From assembly GCA_035293285.1 (NCBI GenBank), contig DATDOM010000082.1, positions 422-64,421 on the forward strand: 64,000 nt of DNA, read 5' to 3'. This stretch comes from Candidatus Nanoarchaeia archaeon. Its GTDB lineage: Archaea; Nanobdellota; Nanobdellia; Woesearchaeales; GW2011-AR4. The notes under the pieces were generated by a model. That model saw nothing but the letters and a program-made list of their open reading frames with translations, did not search any database and was not told the DNA's origin. A program made the translations under genes and the position numbers. Positions 40,001 through 47,714 of the stretch are shown here, one piece after another (the first letter of the stretch is position 1; every line of letters starts with the position of its first letter).

Positions 40001-40023
40001 ATAACGGTCTCGAGTGCACTTGA
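37018..40023 (+). CDS. Giant fusion protein: polytopic membrane domain, unknown ectodomain, Cys-rich linker and C-terminal phage-tail-lysozyme-like domain
   Basis: The ORF starts at TTG 37018 and the first ATG lies about 60 codons in. About 10 TM helices (residues about 75-400). The ectodomain shares landmarks with the three downstream paralogs. Cys-rich CKPSPF..CKNSCQTYVTEPCHKICNENEQCIERDCKPSEKRCLEEC. C-terminus GVLGNFRQESNFDP...GAIGIAQWCRERRTKL...QVDYLVSEL resembles Pfam Phage_tail_lysozyme (PF18013). Confidence 0.65.
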   Translation: MADDGETENQEENPASGSSRWSRFKEKARQGYKKGKEKISQSGQGDDSGDDSGEARGKGTMPINVTNIVERAKSGNFVGWIIVVALVYIAAYYWFLPFRVWIGIWGFKLLVGIIWVCFILYGLFSGFWNKGKENISITNFFVGLVLLVWLLDMIPADFPLFGSILGGPYAGFEFDWKSFSFGFSTTILAVITSGITFAFLYVNMIFDIIKKDVIMFGFGFGFIVLTNKLLANFIPSYLSGSFVLVWGFWIYFIVTAVLVVLAVWLAKRYDVKLGEKSGDFFTYLLMAFVFSFFWINNGWIHSTKALYHAIFILCFGFFYIQPHERKNPVAWHIIIPALLIIDFYGYGLLYSTDILFVQFIPVLVIFVLAYCYYQTKSKYALVSFIFLVTVILILSLVAVNAYQTGSIQFQARGDGKSFSTFLNTLTKQTTSLLEGQLETATGGLYRSQVEKNQYEPLGVYLTDIRASQPRYRSDEPVTIWGKISAKTLSDPIIINFNCYRFEGKDENKQKIPIKAEGLYPNKPFSVFTYEEKDTECNFNTEEDQVELKPGSNEVSLSATYNFDTSAYHKVYFIDKARQRSMLVEGLDPLKEFGITDKNPVTVYTNGPVELAVSISNIVTVSSEDDLAPVIGILLKNRDRISDKAGSPLGQWEGKIKDIKELVLVLPRGVSLKKVEKDQRYDCKPSPFKDYSSQDCKNSCQTYVTEPCHKICNENEQCIERDCKPSEKRCLEECDDLFRVDSAGGAELKGYQLDIESIKSEFKSDDLKDIDKFRTFGCRLELDGKEVLDNTPITTKFIRLKARYNYTVEKGFNINVDSIKIDETVNGGLVSDDGSGRFPVSNCQYNGQEFASKKSNIDKIINGLAAAGINTKNGISGVLGNFRQESNFDPTKQGKFGDLTCSNDRIGPQQGAIGIAQWCRERRTKLISKHPNSYLTIDSQVDYLVSELTGDYKGAVAKMNAAGSPEQAALIWQGKAFESATPSLAGPRDEYARQVYNGLECT

Positions 40024-40027
40024 AACA

Positions 40028-41056
40028 ATGAACAGCAAAAACATTAGCTTGATTATGGTCATATGTATTTTTATTAGCTCCTGCTCCTCTTCAAATAACC
40101 AGCAGTCATCGCTTGCCCAGCCGATTTATGGCTTTGACGGGCTTAAAATTGAGTTTGCAAAAGGGTTGTCACCAAAAGTTTTCGAGAAAAGCAGCTTTCC
40201 GCTGATTTTAAAGATATCCAACCAGGGCACTTACACAATTAATGAAAACGACAAAGCAGTGCTCTCAATTGGGACTGAAAAGGATTACATTCCTTCTTTT
40301 GAGTTTCTTCCAAGCGATGCACGTATTGAGACATCTATAAATCCAAATCAGAGGATGTTTGCTTTAGAAGGAAGAAGCCCTTTTAACCCCAGAGGAGAGG
40401 AGATTTATGTAGGACTCAATGCAAAGACAAGCAAGCTTGATGCACAGAGCGAGAAAAGGGTGTCAACCCTGACTGCAAGCCTTTGCTACCGTTATAAGAC
40501 AGTCTTAAACACAGATGCGTGCATAGACACAGACATTGTTGGGATAAGAACTGGAAAAAAAGTGTGCACTGTAAAAGACATTGTTTTTCCAAACGGGCAG
40601 GGCGCGCCCATTGCAGTAACAAAAATAGAGCAGCAGATAATACCACAGCAGGATTCTGTAAAGCAGCAGTTTCTCATATACGTTGAAAACAAGGGAAACG
40701 GGCATCCATTAAATCCGAGTAACTACCTGTCAATATGTGACAGCCAGGATTTTTCGCCAAAACTCTGGAATGTCGCATTCCTAAAGGCATTTAGGGTCGG
40801 AGGCGGCCCTGAAGGAGAGCAGATGATATGCTGCCCTAACATAAACGGCGAGTGCATTGAAACTGAAACTGACCCGGAGAAGATGGCAGGATTCATAAGG
40901 CTAAAGGACAACAAGGATTTTGTAAGATGCACGTTTGCAAAAGGAGTGGGGTTTGACAAAGACACTTTTATTTCACCAATAAAAATAGAAATAGAATATG
41001 GATATTCACAGACAATTTCGACTGATGTAGTAATCCAGAGGCCGATAAAATACTAA
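40028..41056 (+). CDS. Lipoprotein, novel ~340-aa family, paralog 1 of 3
   Basis: Start taken at MNSKNISLIMVICIFISSC. Shared landmarks LCYRYKT..ACIDTD, KKVCTVKD..GQGAPIAVTKIEQQ, IKIEIEYGYSQT. Confidence 0.6.
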   Translation: MNSKNISLIMVICIFISSCSSSNNQQSSLAQPIYGFDGLKIEFAKGLSPKVFEKSSFPLILKISNQGTYTINENDKAVLSIGTEKDYIPSFEFLPSDARIETSINPNQRMFALEGRSPFNPRGEEIYVGLNAKTSKLDAQSEKRVSTLTASLCYRYKTVLNTDACIDTDIVGIRTGKKVCTVKDIVFPNGQGAPIAVTKIEQQIIPQQDSVKQQFLIYVENKGNGHPLNPSNYLSICDSQDFSPKLWNVAFLKAFRVGGGPEGEQMICCPNINGECIETETDPEKMAGFIRLKDNKDFVRCTFAKGVGFDKDTFISPIKIEIEYGYSQTISTDVVIQRPIKY

Positions 41057-41098
41057 GCTTAGCAAAGTTTATATAAATGAATAAGAAAAAAATAAAAA

Positions 41099-42151
41099 AT
41101 GAAAGTGTTTAATAAAAAAATCCAGAGCATAATCCTTTTCTTTATTTTAGCCCTTTTTGTCTTTGGATGCTCTGCAAGAAAAGACGTAAAGGATGCAAAA
41201 GACAATGTAAGGGCCGGAATTGAAGGCATGTCAATTGCCTATGTTGCAAACAACCCCCCAAATGAGATTCATATTGATGAATCATCCACAAACGACTTCA
41301 AGATTTTGATGGAAGTGAGAAACAAAGGGGCATATCCGCAGCCTGGGGAAACTGGATTTGGAGAAAATTCAAAAATTTACATAAGCGGATTTGACCCCGA
41401 TATTATTGAACTTGGGCCGCTGGATTCAAGCATAGACAATAAAATCAGCAACCTTGCGCTTGACGGAAGGAGTGACTTGAATCCATACGGCAGCCTGGAT
41501 GTCATGGCATTCCAAGGAAAAATACATTATGATAAAATGATTGTTGAAAAATATGAACCCATCCTTCTTGCGACGTTGTGCTATAACTACAATACAGTTG
41601 CCGGGCCTTCTGTCTGTATCGACCCTGACCCATATTCAATAACAAGCGAAAAGAAAGTTTGCCAGATACATAACTTCAACCTCGACGGGCAGGGCGGGCC
41701 TGTTGCGGTGATAGGAATACAGGAAGAGGCATTTGCATCAAAAACATCTTTTAAGATAACTGTAAAGAATGTCGGCGGCGGAGACGTATTAAGGCCGTCA
41801 GAAGAAACGCTGGAAAAATGCAATCCAAGCAAACCAGGAACAGGAGGGGCATTTGAAGTCTCAAAAAGCAAAGTTACGCTTGATGACATGAACAAAATTT
41901 ATGTTGATGAAGTATCGATTTCAGGAAAAAATCTGGAATGTGCGCCTTTTATGGACAGCGCGGGCTCAACAAGAGCGAGCAGCGGGATTATGAGGCTTGT
42001 AAATGGAGAGGGATTCATTATTTGCGACCTTAAAAAAGAGCAGTATGGGCAGACTGTAGCAGCATACACAACACCGCTCCAGATAAAACTAAGCTATGGA
42101 TACAGGACATCAACTGCAAGAAAGCTGCTCATAATCAAAGAGCCTTCCTGA
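41099..42151 (+). CDS. Lipoprotein, novel ~340-aa family, paralog 2 of 3
   Basis: Signal plus VFGC. LCYNYNT..VCIDPD, KKVCQIHN..GQGGPVAVIGIQEE, LQIKLSYGYRTS. Confidence 0.6.
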   Translation: MKVFNKKIQSIILFFILALFVFGCSARKDVKDAKDNVRAGIEGMSIAYVANNPPNEIHIDESSTNDFKILMEVRNKGAYPQPGETGFGENSKIYISGFDPDIIELGPLDSSIDNKISNLALDGRSDLNPYGSLDVMAFQGKIHYDKMIVEKYEPILLATLCYNYNTVAGPSVCIDPDPYSITSEKKVCQIHNFNLDGQGGPVAVIGIQEEAFASKTSFKITVKNVGGGDVLRPSEETLEKCNPSKPGTGGAFEVSKSKVTLDDMNKIYVDEVSISGKNLECAPFMDSAGSTRASSGIMRLVNGEGFIICDLKKEQYGQTVAAYTTPLQIKLSYGYRTSTARKLLIIKEPS

Positions 42152-42210
42152 TTGGGATAAACAGAAAGTTTTATATACCGAATTTGAAATAAAATGTTGA
42201 AAGAGGTAAA

Positions 42211-43233
42211 ATGAAAAAACAATATCTAATGTGCCTGCTCGTTGTTGCCATTCTTGCTTTGGCTGCCTGCTCAAAAAGCGGAACATCAAGCGGAAGCGCT
42301 CCTACAACTCCTTTTATCGGCGGAACCTCCGGAATGGTCATAAATTTTGAAAAAGACAGCCCCCCTCCTGAAGTCACGGATGACCAGTCATTTGCATTCA
42401 ATGCCATCGTAAGGCTTCAAAATGACGGGGAGCACACTGTTGAAAAAAATGACGTGAAACTGCAGCTTTTGGGGTTTGACCCAGCTGACTTTGGCGCGGC
42501 ATTTGAAGATGTGAAGGACGTTGAGCCTGAGGACGATCTTACATCAAAAAAAAGGGATGCTGAAGGAAACATAATCGAGGGAACCACTACTTTTGCGACA
42601 TTTCCGAGAAACGGAGGATTTTTTGTCCCAACTAAATTTCCAGGAAACACTGAATTCACTGTAAGGGCAAATGTGTGCTATAACTATGAAACTCAGTCTA
42701 ATTCAAAACTGTGTGTTTTAAGGGATATGATTAATGTCCGCGATGATGCAATCTGCAGGCCAAACGGCGCAAGAACAGTTTACAGCTCGTCAGCGCCTGT
42801 GCAAGTAACAAGCCTGAGGCAGACTGTTGTCGGGCAAAACAAGATTTCATTCAGCTTTGACATTGTGTTAAGCGGGAACGTTGATATTTTCTGGGATGAT
42901 ACTGAGACAACGCCTTCAAGCGGCTTTGATGTTGCGTGCCCAAGAGCGCCAAGGGAAAGAAGAATAAGGGAAAGCAGGGTCGGAGTCGAAGTAACAGAAA
43001 AAAGAGAAACCGCAGGCTCTGTGTTTACAAACCTTAAGTGCGGCGGGCTTTTCAATTCAGCAATTGGGGACGTGCAGCTTGTGAACGGAAGAAGGACAAT
43101 CACGTGCACAGCTGACATGGTTGAAGACAGAGTAGACCTTGAAAAGCAGGTAGAGATTTTGCTTAAATACAACGTCCTGGACAACAAGGAGACAAGGATT
43201 GTTGTAAAGCACCTTTCAACTGACGCTGATTAA
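42211..43233 (+). CDS. Lipoprotein, novel ~340-aa family, paralog 3 of 3 (most divergent)
   Basis: Lipobox LALAAC. VCYNYET..LCVLRD, AICRPN..SAPVQVTSLRQ, VEILLKYNVLDN. Confidence 0.6.
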   Translation: MKKQYLMCLLVVAILALAACSKSGTSSGSAPTTPFIGGTSGMVINFEKDSPPPEVTDDQSFAFNAIVRLQNDGEHTVEKNDVKLQLLGFDPADFGAAFEDVKDVEPEDDLTSKKRDAEGNIIEGTTTFATFPRNGGFFVPTKFPGNTEFTVRANVCYNYETQSNSKLCVLRDMINVRDDAICRPNGARTVYSSSAPVQVTSLRQTVVGQNKISFSFDIVLSGNVDIFWDDTETTPSSGFDVACPRAPRERRIRESRVGVEVTEKRETAGSVFTNLKCGGLFNSAIGDVQLVNGRRTITCTADMVEDRVDLEKQVEILLKYNVLDNKETRIVVKHLSTDAD

Positions 43234-43333
43234 AAGTTTTATTTTGTTTAGTTTTATTATTTCTAATCGAGTCTCTCGATTGGATTATATTTTTAATTTA
43301 ATTAGTTCTTCCTAAAAAAGCGAATAATAGATA

Positions 43334-43405
43334 GGCCTCGCCATTAGCTCGGCATATATTTTATCATCCAATTCGCACAACTCGCCCCATTAGGGCGAGA
43401 GTTGA
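43334..43405 (+). repeat. GC-rich hairpin element, copy F (short form, modules 1+2)
   Basis: GGCCTCGCCATTAGCTCGGCATATAT...TTCGCACAACTCGCCCCATTAGGGCGAGAGTTGAT, lying between the two convergent surface operons. Confidence 0.65.
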
Positions 43406-43437
43406 TATTAAATTTAGTTATTACAAGAACTGATGGA

Positions 43438-45444
43438 TTAATTCTGAAGCTTTAATATCTGTGCGTTTGTCTCTCCAAGATTTACTTTTGTGTCTGAATT
43501 CAGGTCGGCAATTGGGTTTCCGCTGCTGTCTGAAGCCACAACAAAGAAATAGTAGACGTTCTCATTCAAATTACCCATAAACTTTATGATTATTTTTTCA
43601 TTCACCGGTGGAATTAATTCTGCCTCACTGTCCTCTCTTGATTTGTCTGTTGGCATTAAGTCGCTTATCGCGACATCGTTTAAGATGCCCTGAATTCTAT
43701 TTTGGTCAAGCGGCTTTGATTTTGAATCTGATTTATAATAAACCCTGTAACTGATCACATCAGAAACAACTGACCCATCTGCATTAACAGTTGCTTTGTT
43801 TATTAATGGTATTTCGATTTGTCCTGACTGGTTGGGGAGCTGCAAAGATGATATGCCTACCAGGTTGTCTGAGCTTGGAAATAAATCATCAGTTGAGGCA
43901 AAAGTCGCGTAGTTTTGCCCGCTTAGAATATATTTATTTCCTTCAATGCTCTTGTCATTGTCAAGCTCAATGTTTCCGTCGTTTGCTGCAGTGACTGCAA
44001 AATTGTATTCCTGCCCGTCATTGGGAATGCTTATTTTAATTAACATGCTTTTTTCATCAGGCTCTTCATTTTTTGAAAATCTAAGATTTTCAGCATAATG
44101 GAGTTTTGCTGTGTATAAGGGCACGTCAAATACGCTTGAGCCGATTTTGCGGTATCTGCACGGAGTTTTTGGAGAAGTGAATTCACAATTTGTGATGTCG
44201 ATTGAGTCAAGGGTTTCCTCAGCATCTGAAATGACTTTCACCCTGTTAATTGTCCCTTTTGAAACTTCTTTTTTTATGTCATCCATTTTCATATCAATAA
44301 AGCTTATTTCTTTTGGAGCGTAATATATTGCATAGCTTTTCGTAAGTGTGTCATCGCTTTGCCTCCATTTTAGTATTACAGATTTTTCTGACTTTAAGGA
44401 ATCAAAAACTTTTAAGGATTCAATCGGTTTTGGAGCAGGATTTGGAATTGTGACTGCAAATCTGTAAAAAATATTTCTCAGCTTGACTTGATTATCAGAT
44501 TCATCGAAAGCATAAACCTGCTTGTCGCTTTTATAACAATATGTTACGCCTTTCTTTAATGGAAGGTCTATTATTGTGTTTAATGAAGGTGACAGAAAGT
44601 TACCTTCTTCGCCTTTTGCTATGAACTTCAGCTGCGCTAGTTTCTGGTCCTCGCCGTCTAGTTTTGAAATTTTTGATGTCTTGTATACTATTATGCTTTC
44701 GCCGCTTAATGCAAGCTCAGCGTATTCAGGATATGCAATGTTTGGGAAGTTTTCAGACCTGAACTGGCTGATTTTCTGTTCGCCTTCTTTCCCAAGCTTG
44801 ATTCTCACGGAGTCGGTATATTTGCATACATTGCTTTTTGCCTGTAGGTTTTCCTGGCAGAAGACGTCTCTTGAAACATAGTCTGTGTAAAGAAGATTGC
44901 CTGTTTCGATGTAGCTAAGGGCCAAAGAGTCTAAAGGCTTTTCTGAATCTGCTATTGAAGCCTTTATTTGTCCATTTTCTGTTGTGAGGGTGATTTCATA
45001 GTTTTTGCCTACTTTGACGTCAATTGTCGAAAACCTGCAAACACCATTGTCCTGCTCTGTGCTTATGCACTCTGTTAACTTGTTTGAAAAATCATCAATT
45101 ATGGCCTTTGGCTCATTTTCTCCGGAATTTACGCATCCCCACTTTGCATCATTGGATTTTTCCATAAAACAAGAAAAAACGTTTTCAGATATTTTACAGG
45201 GCTCGATGACTTCTGACCTGAACTCGTCTTTTACTTTTTTGTATTCCTCCTCCATTTTATAGTCCATTTTTGCCCTGAATGAAGGGTTTATTGAGTATGA
45301 GCCTATGATTGGGTTAATTTCTTTTTCTTCGTCAACTGCAAATCCGGTTATTCCGGTTATTGGGCCGTGGCTGCTAAGAGCAACAACTGTTAAAAGTAAT
45401 AAAATCGGAATTCCAACAATCAAAAAGAATTTTTGCAGTTCCAT
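43438..45444 (-). CDS. Large N-terminally anchored extracellular protein, unknown function (possible FN3/Ig-like repeats); last gene of the minus-strand operon
   Basis: MELQKFFLIVGIPILLLLTVVAL anchor. A beta-rich 640-aa ectodomain with an FN3-like stretch KPIESLKVFDSLKSEKSVILKWRQ...YAIYYAP. The start overlaps the upstream stop. Confidence 0.55.
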   Translation of the reverse strand: MELQKFFLIVGIPILLLLTVVALSSHGPITGITGFAVDEEKEINPIIGSYSINPSFRAKMDYKMEEEYKKVKDEFRSEVIEPCKISENVFSCFMEKSNDAKWGCVNSGENEPKAIIDDFSNKLTECISTEQDNGVCRFSTIDVKVGKNYEITLTTENGQIKASIADSEKPLDSLALSYIETGNLLYTDYVSRDVFCQENLQAKSNVCKYTDSVRIKLGKEGEQKISQFRSENFPNIAYPEYAELALSGESIIVYKTSKISKLDGEDQKLAQLKFIAKGEEGNFLSPSLNTIIDLPLKKGVTYCYKSDKQVYAFDESDNQVKLRNIFYRFAVTIPNPAPKPIESLKVFDSLKSEKSVILKWRQSDDTLTKSYAIYYAPKEISFIDMKMDDIKKEVSKGTINRVKVISDAEETLDSIDITNCEFTSPKTPCRYRKIGSSVFDVPLYTAKLHYAENLRFSKNEEPDEKSMLIKISIPNDGQEYNFAVTAANDGNIELDNDKSIEGNKYILSGQNYATFASTDDLFPSSDNLVGISSLQLPNQSGQIEIPLINKATVNADGSVVSDVISYRVYYKSDSKSKPLDQNRIQGILNDVAISDLMPTDKSREDSEAELIPPVNEKIIIKFMGNLNENVYYFFVVASDSSGNPIADLNSDTKVNLGETNAQILKLQN

Positions 45445-46655
45445 TATGGCAATGACCTCGGCCTTGTGCCAGTCTGCTTTTCAATTTCAGAAGCTTTTAC
45501 TGCCCTTTTTGTGCTGCAGCACTCAAAATGCCACGGCTCTGCCTGATACCTTACCCAGCCTGCCTTATACATTATGTCTTCAAGAGTCATCCAGTCTTTT
45601 TGTGTCATTGGCCTTCCTGAAATCCTTATGTCAACTGCATTTCCTGAAAGATGAGGGCATCCGAGAGCGCCGTTTGTCGGGTCGCAGACATATTTTCTCC
45701 TCATTTTTGGGTCAGGATAAATTCTCGCCCATTTTCCATTCCACAAAGCCTTTTGCATCCTTATGTCCCTGTAAGTTGAAGTGAGCTGAAGAGAAACTCC
45801 GTAATCCTTTTTTGCAATTGACTGTGCTTTTGCAATTTTTTCGACTGCATCTTCCTTTAAGAGGCAGCGCTGGCCTTTTTGGCACATTTCGCTAAAACTT
45901 ACCCTCATAATGTCTTTTCCTTCCCCAATATTGACAGACCCTATTTTATTGATGTCAACAAGCACTACGCTTTTCGACTGGTCGATTTTTCCTGCCTCGG
46001 TGCCGCTCACCACCTCCTCTCCGTTGTCATCAAAAACCACTTTGTCAACTTTGTTTAGCTGCTTTAGGCTGTCAAGGAACAACAGCTCCCTGGCATCAGC
46101 CTCGTCATAATCCTCAAAAATGTTGAATTTCATTTTGCTTATTGCGCTTGCAGCTATCTCGAGATTTCCCTTCACGTTAAAATAATAATTATCCAGAAAG
46201 AAGCTGTATGGAGATGAAGAAAGGTATTTGCCGAGCTCATCGTTGAAATAGAATTCAATGTTTGAGTATGGCATTGTCTCGTTAAAGCATTCGGTTTCCT
46301 TGTACACTGCCCCTGTTTTTTTTATTGAAAACCAGACATTGGCATCGTCAATTTTCCCGCAGGAGTTGACTGAAACCTCATCTTCTCCTGACTCGATTGA
46401 TTGCAGCATTCCGCCGTTTTTTGCCATATCATAAGAAGCCTGCTGGATTGCAAAGCTGGCCGATTCGTCAACATACAGGAGTGCAGCTTCTGATTTTAGG
46501 TGTGTTTGAATCAGATTAAACTGTCTTTTTCCAAGAGTTTCTTTCCCGAAAGGAGCTTCTTTATCAAGAAGCACAATATACAGGTAAATCAAAGCTATGA
46601 GGCAAAAAATAACCACAAGCGGCAAAAAATAAAACGAGCTTTTTCTGTTTTTCAT
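45444..46655 (-). CDS. N-terminally anchored peptidase M15 (VanY / LAS-family D-Ala-D-Ala carboxypeptidase or endopeptidase-like)
   Basis: MKNRKSSFYFLPLVVIFCLIALIYLYIV anchor. C-terminal LQLTSTYRDIRMQ, CPHLSGNAVDI and AGWVRYQAEPWHFE match the SxxR..Q / HxxGxAxD / ExWH zinc-ligand pattern of M15/VanY. Confidence 0.7.
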   Translation of the reverse strand: MKNRKSSFYFLPLVVIFCLIALIYLYIVLLDKEAPFGKETLGKRQFNLIQTHLKSEAALLYVDESASFAIQQASYDMAKNGGMLQSIESGEDEVSVNSCGKIDDANVWFSIKKTGAVYKETECFNETMPYSNIEFYFNDELGKYLSSSPYSFFLDNYYFNVKGNLEIAASAISKMKFNIFEDYDEADARELLFLDSLKQLNKVDKVVFDDNGEEVVSGTEAGKIDQSKSVVLVDINKIGSVNIGEGKDIMRVSFSEMCQKGQRCLLKEDAVEKIAKAQSIAKKDYGVSLQLTSTYRDIRMQKALWNGKWARIYPDPKMRRKYVCDPTNGALGCPHLSGNAVDIRISGRPMTQKDWMTLEDIMYKAGWVRYQAEPWHFECCSTKRAVKASEIEKQTGTRPRSLP

Positions 46656-46682
46656 TTTAAGGTTAAAGGATCATATCCTGGA

Positions 46683-47195
46683 TCAGATTTTTTGGGTTGT
46701 CCCGAGTTTTACTTCTATAAGCCCGTTATATGATGGGATTACAACAAGCTGGCTTGGGCACGGGGCATTTGCCTGGCAGTCATCACTGTCCGAATACTTG
46801 TCCCATTTGTCATATTCCCCCTCATATTTTTCCCTACTTATGCAAACCATGCTGCAGTAGCTTGAAAATGAAAATGAGACGGAGTCTCCAAGATATTTTC
46901 CAAGGTTATTTTTTATCCAATCTTTTATTGAAGGGTCTATTCTTGAAAGGGCTATTGCCTGGGCTATGTCAATTTGAGCGCCGTCTATTGTTACAGGGGT
47001 CTTGAGAAAATTCATCAGGTCAACTTTTTCCTGCACTTTTACCGACGCCCCGTTTATGTCGTAAGTGAATTTTCCGGTAGAGATTTTTATTAGAAAATAA
47101 AATATTACAATAATAAGTGCAAAGAAAAGAATGGAGAACAGGTCTGCCAATGCCATTCCTTTTTTACCTGTTTGGAAGAATTGTCTCGATTTCAA
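46683..47195 (-). CDS. Prepilin-like signal protein, unknown function
   Basis: QTGKKG-MALADLFSILFFALIIVIFYFLI. A 32-nt overlap with the upstream ORF, or an alternative start at 47156. Confidence 0.5.
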   Translation of the reverse strand: MKSRQFFQTGKKGMALADLFSILFFALIIVIFYFLIKISTGKFTYDINGASVKVQEKVDLMNFLKTPVTIDGAQIDIAQAIALSRIDPSIKDWIKNNLGKYLGDSVSFSFSSYCSMVCISREKYEGEYDKWDKYSDSDDCQANAPCPSQLVVIPSYNGLIEVKLGTTQKI

Positions 47196-47688
47196 GTGTG
47201 CCTCCTTTCAGTTTTTCCCCGTCTTTTATAAGTACATAATAATAGTGCCTTAGTTTTTGGGCAGAGCCTTTTCCGGAAAGTTTTGCCTCGACAAGGACTT
47301 TTTTCTCATAATAAAGCTCTTTATTGTAGTATGCCTCGTATTTTTTGTCAGAGTCTGATTCATATAATGTCATTTTTGCAGAAGACTCTGAATTTATCTT
47401 TCCGTAAAAAATCGAATCCAAAAGGTTTTTGTCAAGCTCGCTTGACTGGAATTTCTGCAAATCGACAGTTGCTGCATAAATTCTTCCTGTATCAGGATCA
47501 ACATAGCTTATTTTATCAGAAAATAGAATCCTGTAGGCTGCAAGGTCTGCTTCAAGGTCAAAAATATCTATGTTCCTAATGATGAATGTCCTTGAGAGCA
47601 GCACAACTGAGAGAAACATGCAGACAACCACCATAAGCCTTACTATGTCCACAACTGCATTGAACTGGGATTTTTTATGGATTTTCAT
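47164..47688 (-). CDS. Prepilin-like signal protein, unknown function
   Basis: MKIHKKSQ-FNAVVDIVRLMVVVCMFLSVVLL. Size is 174 aa. Confidence 0.5.
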   Translation of the reverse strand: MKIHKKSQFNAVVDIVRLMVVVCMFLSVVLLSRTFIIRNIDIFDLEADLAAYRILFSDKISYVDPDTGRIYAATVDLQKFQSSELDKNLLDSIFYGKINSESSAKMTLYESDSDKKYEAYYNKELYYEKKVLVEAKLSGKGSAQKLRHYYYVLIKDGEKLKGGTLEIETILPNR

Positions 47689-47714
47689 TTTGTTTCTTAA
47701 TATTTTTCAATCAA

